Source: Terrimicrobiaceae bacterium
GTDB taxonomy: Bacteria > Verrucomicrobiota > Verrucomicrobiia > Chthoniobacterales > Terrimicrobiaceae
NCBI GenBank assembly: GCA_041752695.1
Contig: JBGSVZ010000019.1
Coordinates: forward strand, 32,001-96,000
Length of the DNA stretch: 64,000 nt
Reading direction: 5' to 3'
A model generated the notes under the pieces. The model had not been told where the DNA came from, ran no database searches, and worked only from the letters and a program-made list of their open reading frames with translations. Both the position numbers and the translations under genes were made by a program. Shown here piece by piece: positions 20,759 through 30,599 of the stretch (position 1 is the stretch's first letter; the number at the start of each line of letters is the position of its first letter).

Positions 20759-21047
20759 GAACTTTGTTTTTCATTTTCTGGGGGCGAGACTGCAGGAGAA
20801 GCTTCCCCCTTTTTTCGGGAAAATGCAAGTGCGTAGGCCATTTAGCTTGGCGATCAGGAGGGACGACAGGAACGAATAACTCCCCGTCGCTGCACGTTTC
20901 CAGGAACGCAATTTCCTTTGTAATAAAGCATTCGAATAGCGCAAGGACCGGTGTTTGCCTGGGCCGTGTGCGTCCTGATGGCCGACCTGAGCATCCAGAC
21001 AGGTTGCCCACTGAGGGCCGCTGAGAGATTCCATTCGATAAACGGGC

Positions 21048-21959
21048 ATGAATACGTCCGAACAACGTCCCGCATTTCGTGCCGCCGAGATGAAAGATCC
21101 CCGCAAGCTGTACGCCCGTCCTCCCTATTCCGCGGCAAAACAAGCTCCTCCCGGGTCGGAGGAGGAGATGCAACCGGCAGCTGATCACGGGGAAGAGAGC
21201 TATCAGGGCTCAGGGAAACTGCTGGACCGCCGGGCTCTGATCACCGGCGCGGATAGCGGCATTGGGCGGGCCGTGGCCCTCGCCTTTGCTCGCGAGGGGG
21301 CGGATGTGGCCATTTCCTACCTCTCCGAGCACGAGGATGCTCAGGAGACCCTTCGGCTGGTGGAGGAAGCGGGACGACAGGGATTTCTTCTGCCCGGAAA
21401 CATCGGAACGAAATCGGTCTGCGAGGACGTCGGGCAGCAGGCCATCGAGGCGCTGGGAGGAATTGATATCTTGGTCAACAACGCGGCCTATCAGCGCTCC
21501 TACGCAAAGTTCGAGGACATCCCGGACGACGAGTTCGAGGAGACGTACCGGGTGAATGTGTTTGCGATGTTCCGGCTCTGCAAAATCATTCTTCCTCAGA
21601 TGCCGGAGGGCGCGAGTATCATCAACACGGCCTCGATCCAGTCCTTCGACCCCGGCCCTGAGCTTCTTCCCTACGCGTCAACCAAGGCGGCCATCGCAAG
21701 TTTCACCTCCGCCCTTGCTGGACTGGCCATTTCGCAGGGCGTGCGCGTCAACGCCGTGGCACCCGGACCGGTCTGGACGCCTCTCATCCCCTCGACTTTG
21801 GACCCAAAGAAGGTCAAAAATTTCGGAGCGAACACCGTCTTCGGCCGGGCGGCGCAACCCGCGGAACTGGCACCACTGTTTGTCTTTTTGGCCAGCCACG
21901 AAGCCTCTTATGTCGCGGGTGAGATTCTCGGCGCGACCGGCGGCCGGATGCCTGTCTGA
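21048..21959 (+). CDS. SDR-family oxidoreductase (YghA/YdaD-like)
   Basis: DHGEESYQGSGKL, TGADSGIG, NNAA, YASTK, PGPVWTPLIP. Confidence 0.93.
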   Translation: MNTSEQRPAFRAAEMKDPRKLYARPPYSAAKQAPPGSEEEMQPAADHGEESYQGSGKLLDRRALITGADSGIGRAVALAFAREGADVAISYLSEHEDAQETLRLVEEAGRQGFLLPGNIGTKSVCEDVGQQAIEALGGIDILVNNAAYQRSYAKFEDIPDDEFEETYRVNVFAMFRLCKIILPQMPEGASIINTASIQSFDPGPELLPYASTKAAIASFTSALAGLAISQGVRVNAVAPGPVWTPLIPSTLDPKKVKNFGANTVFGRAAQPAELAPLFVFLASHEASYVAGEILGATGGRMPV

Positions 21960-21978
21960 GGGGATCGGCAATGACGAG

Positions 21979-22866
21979 CTACTTCTGCTGCTGGAGAAAC
22001 TCCGCCGGGGCAAAGTCATCCGTCAGCACCGCCGCGCCGACCGCTGCTTCCCCGGAAAAATCCTGCGCCACCGCCGCCAGGATTTCCCGGAGCGTTCCGG
22101 AAAAACCGGCGAGGTCCGAGGCGCGAAATTCCTTCGACTCTCCCTTCCACGCCAGGGCGACCACATTTCCCGTGCCGGGCACAGCGAAGAGCCCCACCGA
22201 GGGAAAGACCGCTTTCAGCGTGGCCTGATCGCTGGCGAAAAGCCGGTTGCCAGCGTGCAGATTGAGGGCCACCACGCCACCCGGGGCCAGACGAGCTTTG
22301 AGCAGCTCGTAAAACTCTTTTGTCTTCAGATGCGGGGGCACGCTGCCGCCGGAATACGCGTCCACCAAAATCCAGTCCCAAGTCTCCGACCTCGACCGCA
22401 GAAAGGCCCGCGCGTCCTCAATCACGACCACATCCCGCTCTCCCGGTTGAAAACCCATAAATTCCACCGCCATGTCGCGCACCGTGGCATCCAGCTCCGC
22501 CGTCGTGAGATGCGCCCCCGGGAAAACCCTCCGCAGGTACCGGTTCATCGCCCCGCCACCGAGACCGAGCTGCAAAATCCGCCCGGGCTCCGGCTGCACC
22601 AAGGCCGCCGCCAGCATCGTGCGGGTGTAGGGAATGACCAGCCGTTCGGGATTGGAAAGGTCCACCGCCGTTTGCCGCGGGACGGCGCGCCCCGAGCGGA
22701 ATTTCAGATCCACGATGTCGCCGTCCCGTTCGACCACCACTTGATTGTAAAGCGACTCCCGGACCACCCGAAACTTTGTCGGGCTTTCCTCAAACGGTCC
22801 CCGCGCACGATCCTCACAGCCGCCAAGGGCCAGGCAAAAACCGAGAATCGTTAAACGCGCACGCAT
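21979..22866 (-). CDS. Spermidine-synthase-like SAM-dependent transferase, predicted lipoprotein
   Basis: RESLYN, LGLGGG, ELD, DAR.FL, LVDAY...PPHL.T.EFY, LTDDFAP; N-terminus MRARLTILGFCLALGG|C. Confidence 0.82.
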   Translation of the reverse strand: MRARLTILGFCLALGGCEDRARGPFEESPTKFRVVRESLYNQVVVERDGDIVDLKFRSGRAVPRQTAVDLSNPERLVIPYTRTMLAAALVQPEPGRILQLGLGGGAMNRYLRRVFPGAHLTTAELDATVRDMAVEFMGFQPGERDVVVIEDARAFLRSRSETWDWILVDAYSGGSVPPHLKTKEFYELLKARLAPGGVVALNLHAGNRLFASDQATLKAVFPSVGLFAVPGTGNVVALAWKGESKEFRASDLAGFSGTLREILAAVAQDFSGEAAVGAAVLTDDFAPAEFLQQQK

Positions 22867-23432
22867 CGCACAAGTAAGATCGCCGCCCCCGCCACTCCGA
22901 CCGTCCAGATCGCCAACAAAATGCTCACCGGCACCATCGGGATCAAAACGAAAGCCGTCAGCATAATGCCCGCGATATTTCCCAGCGTACCGACCGAATA
23001 AATCAACCCGGAAGCAAATCCCGCCGATTGACCGCGTTCACTCAGGCCTTGCACCAGCACGGGAGTGAAGGCCGCCAGCGCCGCCACCGGAGGAAGAAAA
23101 AGCAGCCCGCACGCGGCACCGAGCGCGAGGGTGAGCGGAGTTTCCCGCGCGTCCAGCCAATCCAGAAATCCCCGCGCAAACATGGCGTTGACGGCAAACC
23201 CGGCCACCGCAAAAACCGCCACCCAGGCCACCCCCCGTCGTCGCGTGGGGCCCGGCAGCCTCACCAACAGCCCGCCGCCCATGGATCCCAGACTGAAGCC
23301 CGCGAGAAATACCGAGATGATGAACGCCCAGACGATGATCGACGACCCGAACCATGGACTGAGCAGTCGCGAGCCCAGCAATTGGAAACCCATGCTGAAA
23401 ATCCCGAGCAAAAACGCGAGGAAGACCGGCAC
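22851..23432 (-). CDS. Membrane protein matching the N-terminal part of fused MFS/spermidine synthase proteins
   Basis: SRLLSPWFGSSIIVWA.II.V.LAG.SLG and SGLIYSVGTLGNIAG...AFVLIP; about six hydrophobic segments. Confidence 0.8.
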   Translation of the reverse strand: MPVFLAFLLGIFSMGFQLLGSRLLSPWFGSSIIVWAFIISVFLAGFSLGSMGGGLLVRLPGPTRRRGVAWVAVFAVAGFAVNAMFARGFLDWLDARETPLTLALGAACGLLFLPPVAALAAFTPVLVQGLSERGQSAGFASGLIYSVGTLGNIAGIMLTAFVLIPMVPVSILLAIWTVGVAGAAILLVRCVRV

Positions 23433-23435
23433 GAT

Positions 23436-24140
23436 TTAGGGGCCGTCCTCCCGCACGATGTGATCCAGCCGCCGCGCCTGCAGCCAGCGCACGCCGATCA
23501 TATCAACCGTTGCGCGCACCGCGCGGTTTCCGAGGCCGTATTTGCTGGTGCCGAACCGACGCGCCCGATGGTTGACGGGAATCTCCACCACCCGAAACCC
23601 CGCGCTTTTGATCAACGCCGGAATAAATCGATGCACCCCCTTGAACGGCGTCAGGGCCGCCACACATTCCCGCCGCATCGCTTTGAGCGTGCACCCCGTG
23701 TCCCGCACGCCGTCGCCCACAAACCGGCTGCGCACGAAGTTGGCGACGAAGCTGGAGGCTTTTTTCATCCCGCTGTCCTGGCGTTTCCTCCTCCAACCGC
23801 AAACCAGATCCGCCCCACCCTCGATCTCGACCAGCAGCCGGGGAATGTCCGCCGGATCGTTTTGCAAGTCGCCGTCGAGGAGCACGATCACCGGAGCTTT
23901 TGCCGCCCGCATGCCCGCCAGCAAGGCCGCACTCTGGCCCGCGTTTTTGGGAAATCGCAACAACCGCAGGCCTGGAGCTGCTTCCACCCGGTCTGCCGTG
24001 CCATCGGTCGATCCGTCGTCCACCAGGATCAGTTCGTAAGCGCGTCCGGCCAGCGCGGCGCGGATTTCGCTTTGCAGGGCGGGCAGATTTTCCGCCTCAT
24101 TAAAGAGCGGCACGACAACGGAAAAATCCGGCAAACTCAC
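23436..24140 (-). CDS. GT2 polyprenyl-phosphate glycosyltransferase (DPM1/ArnC-like, no C-terminal TM helices)
   Basis: SVVVPLFNE, VDDGSTD, DGDLQNDP, DTGC.LK, HRFIPAL, VNHR.R..G.SKY. Confidence 0.9.
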   Translation of the reverse strand: MSLPDFSVVVPLFNEAENLPALQSEIRAALAGRAYELILVDDGSTDGTADRVEAAPGLRLLRFPKNAGQSAALLAGMRAAKAPVIVLLDGDLQNDPADIPRLLVEIEGGADLVCGWRRKRQDSGMKKASSFVANFVRSRFVGDGVRDTGCTLKAMRRECVAALTPFKGVHRFIPALIKSAGFRVVEIPVNHRARRFGTSKYGLGNRAVRATVDMIGVRWLQARRLDHIVREDGP

Positions 24141-25621
24141 AGCGGCAGGGTCTGGTAATTCTGGCAGAAATACAAATAAAGCGGCCCGCTTTCATTCCCT
24201 GCCGAAGGAAGCCGCTTGAGAAATGTGACCGACTCAAACGCTGCCTTGACGGCCTGCGGGACGTCGTTGGCGGACTCCCGCGAAACGTAAAGCGCACTCC
24301 GGCCCACAAAAGGATTCTCGCCTTTTTGTTCGGTAAAATATTCGTCCACCACCTTCTCCGATTCCACGAAGTCGTCATAGCTCGGCCAAAGCCCAAACTG
24401 ACTGGAGATATCTTGAGACTCCAGCTGATACACCGTCGGATGCCCTTCCGGCGGCACAAGTTCGTCCCGCAAAAAATAGCCCATGGCAGAGGCCAGAGGG
24501 ACGTCGCCGCCGATGAGAAAGAGCCCTTCGTGACCTTCGGACGACTGGGCCAGAAATGCCGCCTTCACCTCCACAGCCGTCTCTCGCCAGCCCCGACCGG
24601 ATTGGTAGGCCCAGAACACCGACGAAACCGAAAACACAGCCGCCAGCGCAAAGCCCACCGCCAGCACCGGACGGCCGATGGGTTTCCCCGGGAGCCAGGC
24701 CAGCAGTTTCGCAATCAAGAGCGGTGCGGCTAGGAGCAGGTAAAAAACGGGATCCTCGTCACGCAGCGCAAAATAGACCGCCAGCAGCACGGCCGGCAGG
24801 GTGCACAAAGCCACAAACCTCGCCCGCAAATGCACCCGCGACTCGCGCAGCGCCACGATCCAGGCGGCGAAAAGCACCACCAGAACCACCGGCGAAAATT
24901 TGTCAAAGAGCCGCGCCGTGGAAGAAATGAAGCCCACCAAACCAAACTCCCACAACGACCGAAACGTCCCGCGGAAGAGCGGCACCCATTCGTAGGACGC
25001 GTTCCACCGCAACGCTGGGATGAGCAGTGCCAGCGGCAGGCCAATCAAAAGCAGTAGCCCGAAGCCATCAACAGCGCGCTGGTGTTTTTTGGTGCAAAGC
25101 GTGAAAAGCACCACCCCGGGCACCACGACCAACGCCGCGTACGCAAACTGCGCCGCGAGGGCAAAACACACCGCCGCGCCGAGCCACCGCACCACGATGC
25201 CGCGCTCGGCGTGCAAAGCCAGCCACGCGCACCAAAGACCGAAGAGCACAAAGGTCAGCACTGGCAGTTCCGGACGCACCCGCACGGCGCAGGCATTAAA
25301 GACCGGCAAGGCATTAAGCGCCAGCGCCGTCCACATGGCACGCACGGGATTGTCCATCGCACGAACGAGCAGAACACACCCCACCGTGGCCAGCAGCGCC
25401 CAGACCGGAGCCCAAAGCCGCCAGAGAGTGTCGGAGACGTGGAACTCGCCCAAGGCCGCCAGTGCCATGGTCCCGGGCGGACCGTCAAAATACGCCGGAG
25501 CCGGATGCCGGGCGCAAAGCGCGTAATACGCCTCGTTCGCCGAGATCTCCTCGTACGAGACCACCGCGACCCGCAGCACGGTGAGCACCAGGACAAGGAG
25601 GGCGAAGGTTTTGCCGTTCAT
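24137..25621 (-). CDS. ArnT/PMT-like (GT-C fold, GT39/GT83) membrane glycosyltransferase
   Basis: NEAYY...YFDGPP after the first TM helix (cf. DEAYY...YFDHPP); polytopic; SQF.LW in the soluble tail. Confidence 0.8.
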   Translation of the reverse strand: MNGKTFALLVLVLTVLRVAVVSYEEISANEAYYALCARHPAPAYFDGPPGTMALAALGEFHVSDTLWRLWAPVWALLATVGCVLLVRAMDNPVRAMWTALALNALPVFNACAVRVRPELPVLTFVLFGLWCAWLALHAERGIVVRWLGAAVCFALAAQFAYAALVVVPGVVLFTLCTKKHQRAVDGFGLLLLIGLPLALLIPALRWNASYEWVPLFRGTFRSLWEFGLVGFISSTARLFDKFSPVVLVVLFAAWIVALRESRVHLRARFVALCTLPAVLLAVYFALRDEDPVFYLLLAAPLLIAKLLAWLPGKPIGRPVLAVGFALAAVFSVSSVFWAYQSGRGWRETAVEVKAAFLAQSSEGHEGLFLIGGDVPLASAMGYFLRDELVPPEGHPTVYQLESQDISSQFGLWPSYDDFVESEKVVDEYFTEQKGENPFVGRSALYVSRESANDVPQAVKAAFESVTFLKRLPSAGNESGPLYLYFCQNYQTLPL

Positions 25622-26265
25622 GCCGTGAGCAAACAGGGGTGACGGTCAAAAACCTGCGGCACCCAGCGGGCGCCGAACACCCTCCAGAGTTTTTCCAGCC
25701 CCGCGCAAACCAGGAGAGCGAGCCCTGTCCCGAGGAACGCTGAGATCACGACATCGGACGGCCAGTGCGACCCCACATAAACCCGGCTGTAGGCCACCAG
25801 CACCGCCGGGATATAGACCAGCCAGCCCCGCCGCCGGTAAAAAAGGGCGGCCACCGTGGCAAGGGCGAACGTGTTTGAGGCATGACCCGACGGAAAGGAA
25901 TTGCCTTGCGCCGGCTGGATGCGCGCCTCGGAAAAACTTTCGCGGAGCGGTTCGCCCAGCGCCAAAATCCGCGGACTCACATGTTCCAGGTCAAGGGAAC
26001 GCACCCCTTCCAGCATCTCATTGGGCCGCGGACGCCCCACCATGTCTTTCAGCGATTTCACCACCAGTCCGTCATTGAGACCGATGGCCAGGCCGGCCGC
26101 CAGCACAAACGCCCGGAAACGGAACCCGCCGAAAATCACGCCAACGATTCCCCCCACCACCAACAACGGCCACCAAAAGTCGAAACTCGACATCACCGCC
26201 ATCAGCCCATCCAACGCGGGATGCGTGGCGGAGCGGTTAATGACGAAAAGAAGCTGTTGATCCAT
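25618..26265 (-). CDS. PAP2-family membrane phosphatase
   Basis: K-x6-RP, SFPSGH, SRVYVGSHWPSD; likely start ATG 26265. Confidence 0.92.
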   Translation of the reverse strand: MDQQLLFVINRSATHPALDGLMAVMSSFDFWWPLLVVGGIVGVIFGGFRFRAFVLAAGLAIGLNDGLVVKSLKDMVGRPRPNEMLEGVRSLDLEHVSPRILALGEPLRESFSEARIQPAQGNSFPSGHASNTFALATVAALFYRRRGWLVYIPAVLVAYSRVYVGSHWPSDVVISAFLGTGLALLVCAGLEKLWRVFGARWVPQVFDRHPCLLTA

Positions 26266-26289
26266 GCGTGGCGGCGGATAGCGTTCGGC

Positions 26290-26982
26290 ATGATTTTCCG
26301 TTCTCCGCAATTTCGCAAGCCGCTTGCGCTCCTCGGCCTGGTTCTTTTTGCCGCCGTCGCTCGCGCCGAGCCCGAAGCGGAGGCCATCCTCGCCGCCGCG
26401 CGGGTCAATCCCCTCGGGGCCAATATCGCCCTCAACGCCCGCCTGCGGATGGAATCAAAAACCACCCCATTCCGTATCGTGGTGGACGGTGCGGTGCGGT
26501 ACCAGTTCGACAACCCCGAGCAGGAACTCATCCTCGAGATGAAAGACGACGCCTCCGTGCTCTCCGAACGGACCGGCGGCAAAGCGTCCCCCATCCGCCC
26601 CGCCCGCTTCGACAATTCCGTGCGCGGCACCGGCATCACCTACGAGGACCTCGCCCTGCGTTTCCTGTACTGGAAAAACCCGAAAATCCTCGGCGAGGAA
26701 ACCGTCCGGTCCCGCAAAGCCTGGAAAATCGAGATCCAGTCCGGCAGCGCCTCGTCGCAATACGGCGTGGCCCGCCTCTGGGTGGACAAGGAGAGCGGCG
26801 CCCTCCTGCGCATCGAAGGCTACAACCGCGAAGGCCGGCTCCTCCGCAGCTTCGAAGTGGTCGCGGCGCAAAAACTCGACGGCCAGTGGATGCTGAAACA
26901 AATGCGGGTCGAAATGCTCGACCCCGAAACCAAAAAGGTCATCAACCGGACCTATTTGGAGGTTCTGGGAAAAGTCGAGTAG
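26290..26982 (+). CDS. Outer-membrane lipoprotein-sorting (LolA-like) periplasmic protein
   Basis: Signal peptide from ATG 26290; GTGITYEDL, LWVDKE....R.EGYN..G.L motifs. Confidence 0.7.
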   Translation: MIFRSPQFRKPLALLGLVLFAAVARAEPEAEAILAAARVNPLGANIALNARLRMESKTTPFRIVVDGAVRYQFDNPEQELILEMKDDASVLSERTGGKASPIRPARFDNSVRGTGITYEDLALRFLYWKNPKILGEETVRSRKAWKIEIQSGSASSQYGVARLWVDKESGALLRIEGYNREGRLLRSFEVVAAQKLDGQWMLKQMRVEMLDPETKKVINRTYLEVLGKVE

Positions 26983-27078
26983 CAGGCACGGCAGAGGGGC
27001 TAACCCCGAAATTGCCTTGCGGGTTACCTCCGTCAGGCCGAGTATCCATGCACGAAATTTTGCCCAGAAAATCTTAGC

Positions 27079-29970
27079 ATGAACACCAAGTACCCAGCTT
27101 TCGTCGCCGGCCTCGTCCTGGTCGCCAGCATTTTCCTCACCACCTCGGAACTGCGGGCCGATGCGGAGGAAAGGCCCATGCCTCCCAACACCCCTTTCGA
27201 CCCCAATCCCACCGACCCCGCCAAGTCCAAGGTCGATCGTGTGCTGGTCTTTGCCTACGATTCCGACGGCAACAAAGTGCCGGTCAAGACCCTCAAGATC
27301 ACCAACAACCACAAAAACACCATCTATCCCGTCATGCGCGATGGCAACGAAGCCGCCATCGATGGATTTCCCGATATCGGTTTGTATGATCCCTATGATC
27401 CGGTGCGTCGCGAATATCGGGGGTACATTGGCTACCAGGGCGCGGACAAAAAATATTATTTCGGACTGAAACCCGGCCAGAGCATCCTCGTCCGCGTACC
27501 CCTGGTTTTTTGGAATGGGGCCCGCCTAGGCATCGTGACCGAAGGCCGCTACCTGACCCCGGCTCCCGGCACACCAAATCCCTTAAGCTACGATGCCAAC
27601 GCCGAAACCATTATTACCTCCGACGAGCCAGACCCTAAGGACCCCAGTCTGATCAAAAACGGTGTGATCATGTGGTACACCGCTGCGCTGAACGGACCCG
27701 CCCTCGATTCGCCGGATCAGTTGGTGGAGTGGACCATCCGCGACGAGGAATACCTGAGCAATCCGCAGATCACCGCCAGAACCCAGGGCAAAATTCCGGA
27801 TTCCGAAAGAGTGACCCTGATCAACTACGATGTTTCCTACGTGGACAACATGTTCATGCCCGCGGCCATGGCAGCCCTGGACGTGCCCATTCCCGCCCCC
27901 CCGTTTCCTCCGGGCCGCAAAGCTCAGCCATTCGGCTGGATTGGCGCGATCAATACCTCGAAGGAATTACAGGAAAGGATCAAAAATTTTACCCAGCCCA
28001 CCGACAACACGTATCTGGGATCCTATTTCGGCGGCAAGGGCTGGCCCATTTACAACATTCCGATCGACGAGGCCAAAATTCCGGCCGGTCAGAATGTTTT
28101 TGCGCAAAGCCCCCAGGCGGACGCCCGGTCCAGTTACAATAACAACGCCTATATGCTTTCGAGCGGAGGCGACATCAACACTCCCATCTCCGTCATCATC
28201 GGGGGTCAGGGATCCGCTTCTTCGGGAACGACGCTGACGCTCAGTCCCAACGAGGACATCAAAAAAGTGCAGTTCCTCCAGCCGGGATTTACCGTCGTGG
28301 GCCGACCGCCCGCCGACGTTCCCAATCCCATTCAACCGGACACCAAAATCGTTTCGGTGAATGTGAGCACCACCCCCGGCGTGCCCAGCACCGTGATTCT
28401 GGACAAACCTCTCGTCGCCTCCCAGGAGGGGTGCATTTTCGAATTTTTCCGACCCCGCACCGATTACGCGTCCGATGCCATGATCAAACTCTGGTATTCC
28501 TGGGCGAAATACCATTTGGACACCACGAAGAGCCCGCCGACGCAGACTTTGACGGGAGCTGTCGTCACCAATTCGGCGACGCTCACTTTCAAGGACGCGC
28601 AAAACAACCTGATCGTGGGCATGCAGGTGACCGGTCCAGGCCTGGCCGACCCCGATCCCAGCAAAGAAAAAGGGGGAATCGTCATCCTGCAAATTGCCGA
28701 CGACGAGCGGTCTGTCACTTTGAGCCAACTGGCCTCCGCAACCCATCCGATCAGCGAAGGCCAGCAATACACGTTTAAGCCGCCACAGCCTTTGCCATCC
28801 ACTCCGGATAGCCTGTTTACCCTCAATTTTTCCGCAGACCCGAAGGATCCTTCCCGCGACCCACGCGAGTTTGCGAAAAAGGTTTATCTCATCATGGCCT
28901 CCATGGCCCAGATCCCGAAAAAGCCGGATCCTGCCGCCACGGAACCTCATGTGTATCAACTGATGAACAACGTCATCGGCGGCAACATGGGTTTCATTTT
29001 TGACACCAACGCGCAGAGGTTTTCCGACGCGGGGCTGACGATTTCGGCCTTCATCAGGGACATGCTCAAATCCGTCCTCCGCGGGGTGACGGATTTCACC
29101 CAATTCTCGGAATTCGACGAGACCGGCAAACTGATCTGGTATCCGGATCCGAAAGACAGTCGCGGCGGGCTGACGTTTAACGCCTTCAACCTCGATCCCT
29201 TCGTTTGGTTCGTGCACGTGGAACTTGGTTTCTCGGGATATGGATTTTCCCTCGACGATGACACGGCGGATGTCGGCGCCGGCGAGGCGACCGAACTACT
29301 CCTGACCATCGGCGGCCCGCCCTCGGGAAACACGGGGCCAAACTCTGGGATGATCAAAACCCGGGAAAACGCCAATGAATGGGGCATCCAGGCTCCCTAT
29401 GGCCCGGTGACCGGCACCGGCGAATGGGATCCGACAAAAACGCAGAGTTTTTACCTCGGCATCACGGGAGCCAGTTATGCCAGCCCGATCGTCATCACCT
29501 CGGAGAAACACGGTTTGCTCAACGGTGAGAAGGTGTTTATCGACCAGGTTCGCGGCAACACCAACGCCAACACCCCAACCACCGGCCCGGACAAAGACAA
29601 ACCTTTCACGGTGGGCAACGTGACGCAAAACACGTTTGAGCTGATCGGTACCAACGGGAACAACAGCTACTCGGGCGGGGGCCGATGGACGAGGGGTCCC
29701 CTGCCCTACATCACCTTTACAGGCAGCGACATCGATGGGGTCTACTGGAGGGTCAAAGGGGACGACCGGAACGCGGGCTTCCAGGGAGCCGTCCTTTCCG
29801 GGCCTGGCGTTCTGCCCAACCTGCCGGTCAGGGTCGTGCAATTGGGCGACGACAAAACCGGGCAACTTGCGCTGAACCGACCACTGACCAAACGTGACGG
29901 AAAAACCCCTCTGCCGGCGGGAAAAAACTACAAGTGGATCTTCTCGAGCAGGGGGTCGATCACGCCCTGA
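27079..29970 (+). CDS. Large secreted protein; divergent GH64/thaumatin-like fold with inserted beta-repeat modules (tentative)
   Basis: Signal peptide; LKITNN...IYP, LVEWT, YDVSYVD...P, FVH.....GYGFSLDD; module ITGAS.ASPIVIT..KHGL.NGE.V.I..V.G. Confidence 0.55.
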   Translation: MNTKYPAFVAGLVLVASIFLTTSELRADAEERPMPPNTPFDPNPTDPAKSKVDRVLVFAYDSDGNKVPVKTLKITNNHKNTIYPVMRDGNEAAIDGFPDIGLYDPYDPVRREYRGYIGYQGADKKYYFGLKPGQSILVRVPLVFWNGARLGIVTEGRYLTPAPGTPNPLSYDANAETIITSDEPDPKDPSLIKNGVIMWYTAALNGPALDSPDQLVEWTIRDEEYLSNPQITARTQGKIPDSERVTLINYDVSYVDNMFMPAAMAALDVPIPAPPFPPGRKAQPFGWIGAINTSKELQERIKNFTQPTDNTYLGSYFGGKGWPIYNIPIDEAKIPAGQNVFAQSPQADARSSYNNNAYMLSSGGDINTPISVIIGGQGSASSGTTLTLSPNEDIKKVQFLQPGFTVVGRPPADVPNPIQPDTKIVSVNVSTTPGVPSTVILDKPLVASQEGCIFEFFRPRTDYASDAMIKLWYSWAKYHLDTTKSPPTQTLTGAVVTNSATLTFKDAQNNLIVGMQVTGPGLADPDPSKEKGGIVILQIADDERSVTLSQLASATHPISEGQQYTFKPPQPLPSTPDSLFTLNFSADPKDPSRDPREFAKKVYLIMASMAQIPKKPDPAATEPHVYQLMNNVIGGNMGFIFDTNAQRFSDAGLTISAFIRDMLKSVLRGVTDFTQFSEFDETGKLIWYPDPKDSRGGLTFNAFNLDPFVWFVHVELGFSGYGFSLDDDTADVGAGEATELLLTIGGPPSGNTGPNSGMIKTRENANEWGIQAPYGPVTGTGEWDPTKTQSFYLGITGASYASPIVITSEKHGLLNGEKVFIDQVRGNTNANTPTTGPDKDKPFTVGNVTQNTFELIGTNGNNSYSGGGRWTRGPLPYITFTGSDIDGVYWRVKGDDRNAGFQGAVLSGPGVLPNLPVRVVQLGDDKTGQLALNRPLTKRDGKTPLPAGKNYKWIFSSRGSITP

Positions 29971-29985
29971 AGCAAAAGAAAAGAA

Positions 29986-30030
29986 GTCACCCGACCGAAG
30001 ACGGGGCTCCCGCCGGGTGACGATTATTTT
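29986..30030 (+). terminator. Putative terminator hairpin
   Basis: GTCACCCG (29986-29993) / CGGGTGAC (30014-30021), then GATTATTTT; A-rich on the 5' side; long 20-nt loop. Confidence 0.4.
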
Positions 30031-30085
30031 ACAATCGCTCGATTGGTCAACCAACGCCGCCTGCGGTATTCCTCGCCTCTTGCCA

Positions 30086-30517
30086 ATGAAAAGCGTCTTT
30101 CTTTGTTTCCTGACCGCGGTGGGCTGCCATGCCGCCGAGCTTTCGATTGTGGAGTGTGATATGCAGAAAAACGAGTCAGGGCCGTGGATTCTCCACGCCC
30201 AGATTGGCTCCACCGGGGCGGCTCCCCTGGACCGCGACAAGGTCCAGATGAAAATTTGTGTCTTCGAGCGCACCTCGCGTTCGACCCTCGAGCCCACGAA
30301 GCGGGACATTTCCTTTCAGTGGATGTCGTTGCCGTTGAATTGGAAAAATCGCTCCAACGAGCGGTTCGAAGTGTTATATCCCAGTCCCAAACCCGGCTCA
30401 GGATCCACCTACGCGGGCTATTCCGTTGCCGTGTATTACGACGGCGTTTTGCAGGAGGGCCTGTATTCCCGCCGGTCGATTCACCGAAAATTTCCTTTTC
30501 CCGAATCTCTGAAGTAA
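30086..30517 (+). CDS. Hypothetical secreted protein
   Basis: Signal-like MKSVFLCFLTAVGCHA from ATG 30086; YAGY.VAVYYDGVLQ; fills the gap between genes. Confidence 0.6.
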   Translation: MKSVFLCFLTAVGCHAAELSIVECDMQKNESGPWILHAQIGSTGAAPLDRDKVQMKICVFERTSRSTLEPTKRDISFQWMSLPLNWKNRSNERFEVLYPSPKPGSGSTYAGYSVAVYYDGVLQEGLYSRRSIHRKFPFPESLK

Positions 30518-30599
30518 GGGACCCAACAACACTTCCTCCGGGAAGAATTCTTCGGGCTGGCCATTGGGCGGGAAGGCAACGATTCTTCCGCGCCTTGTC

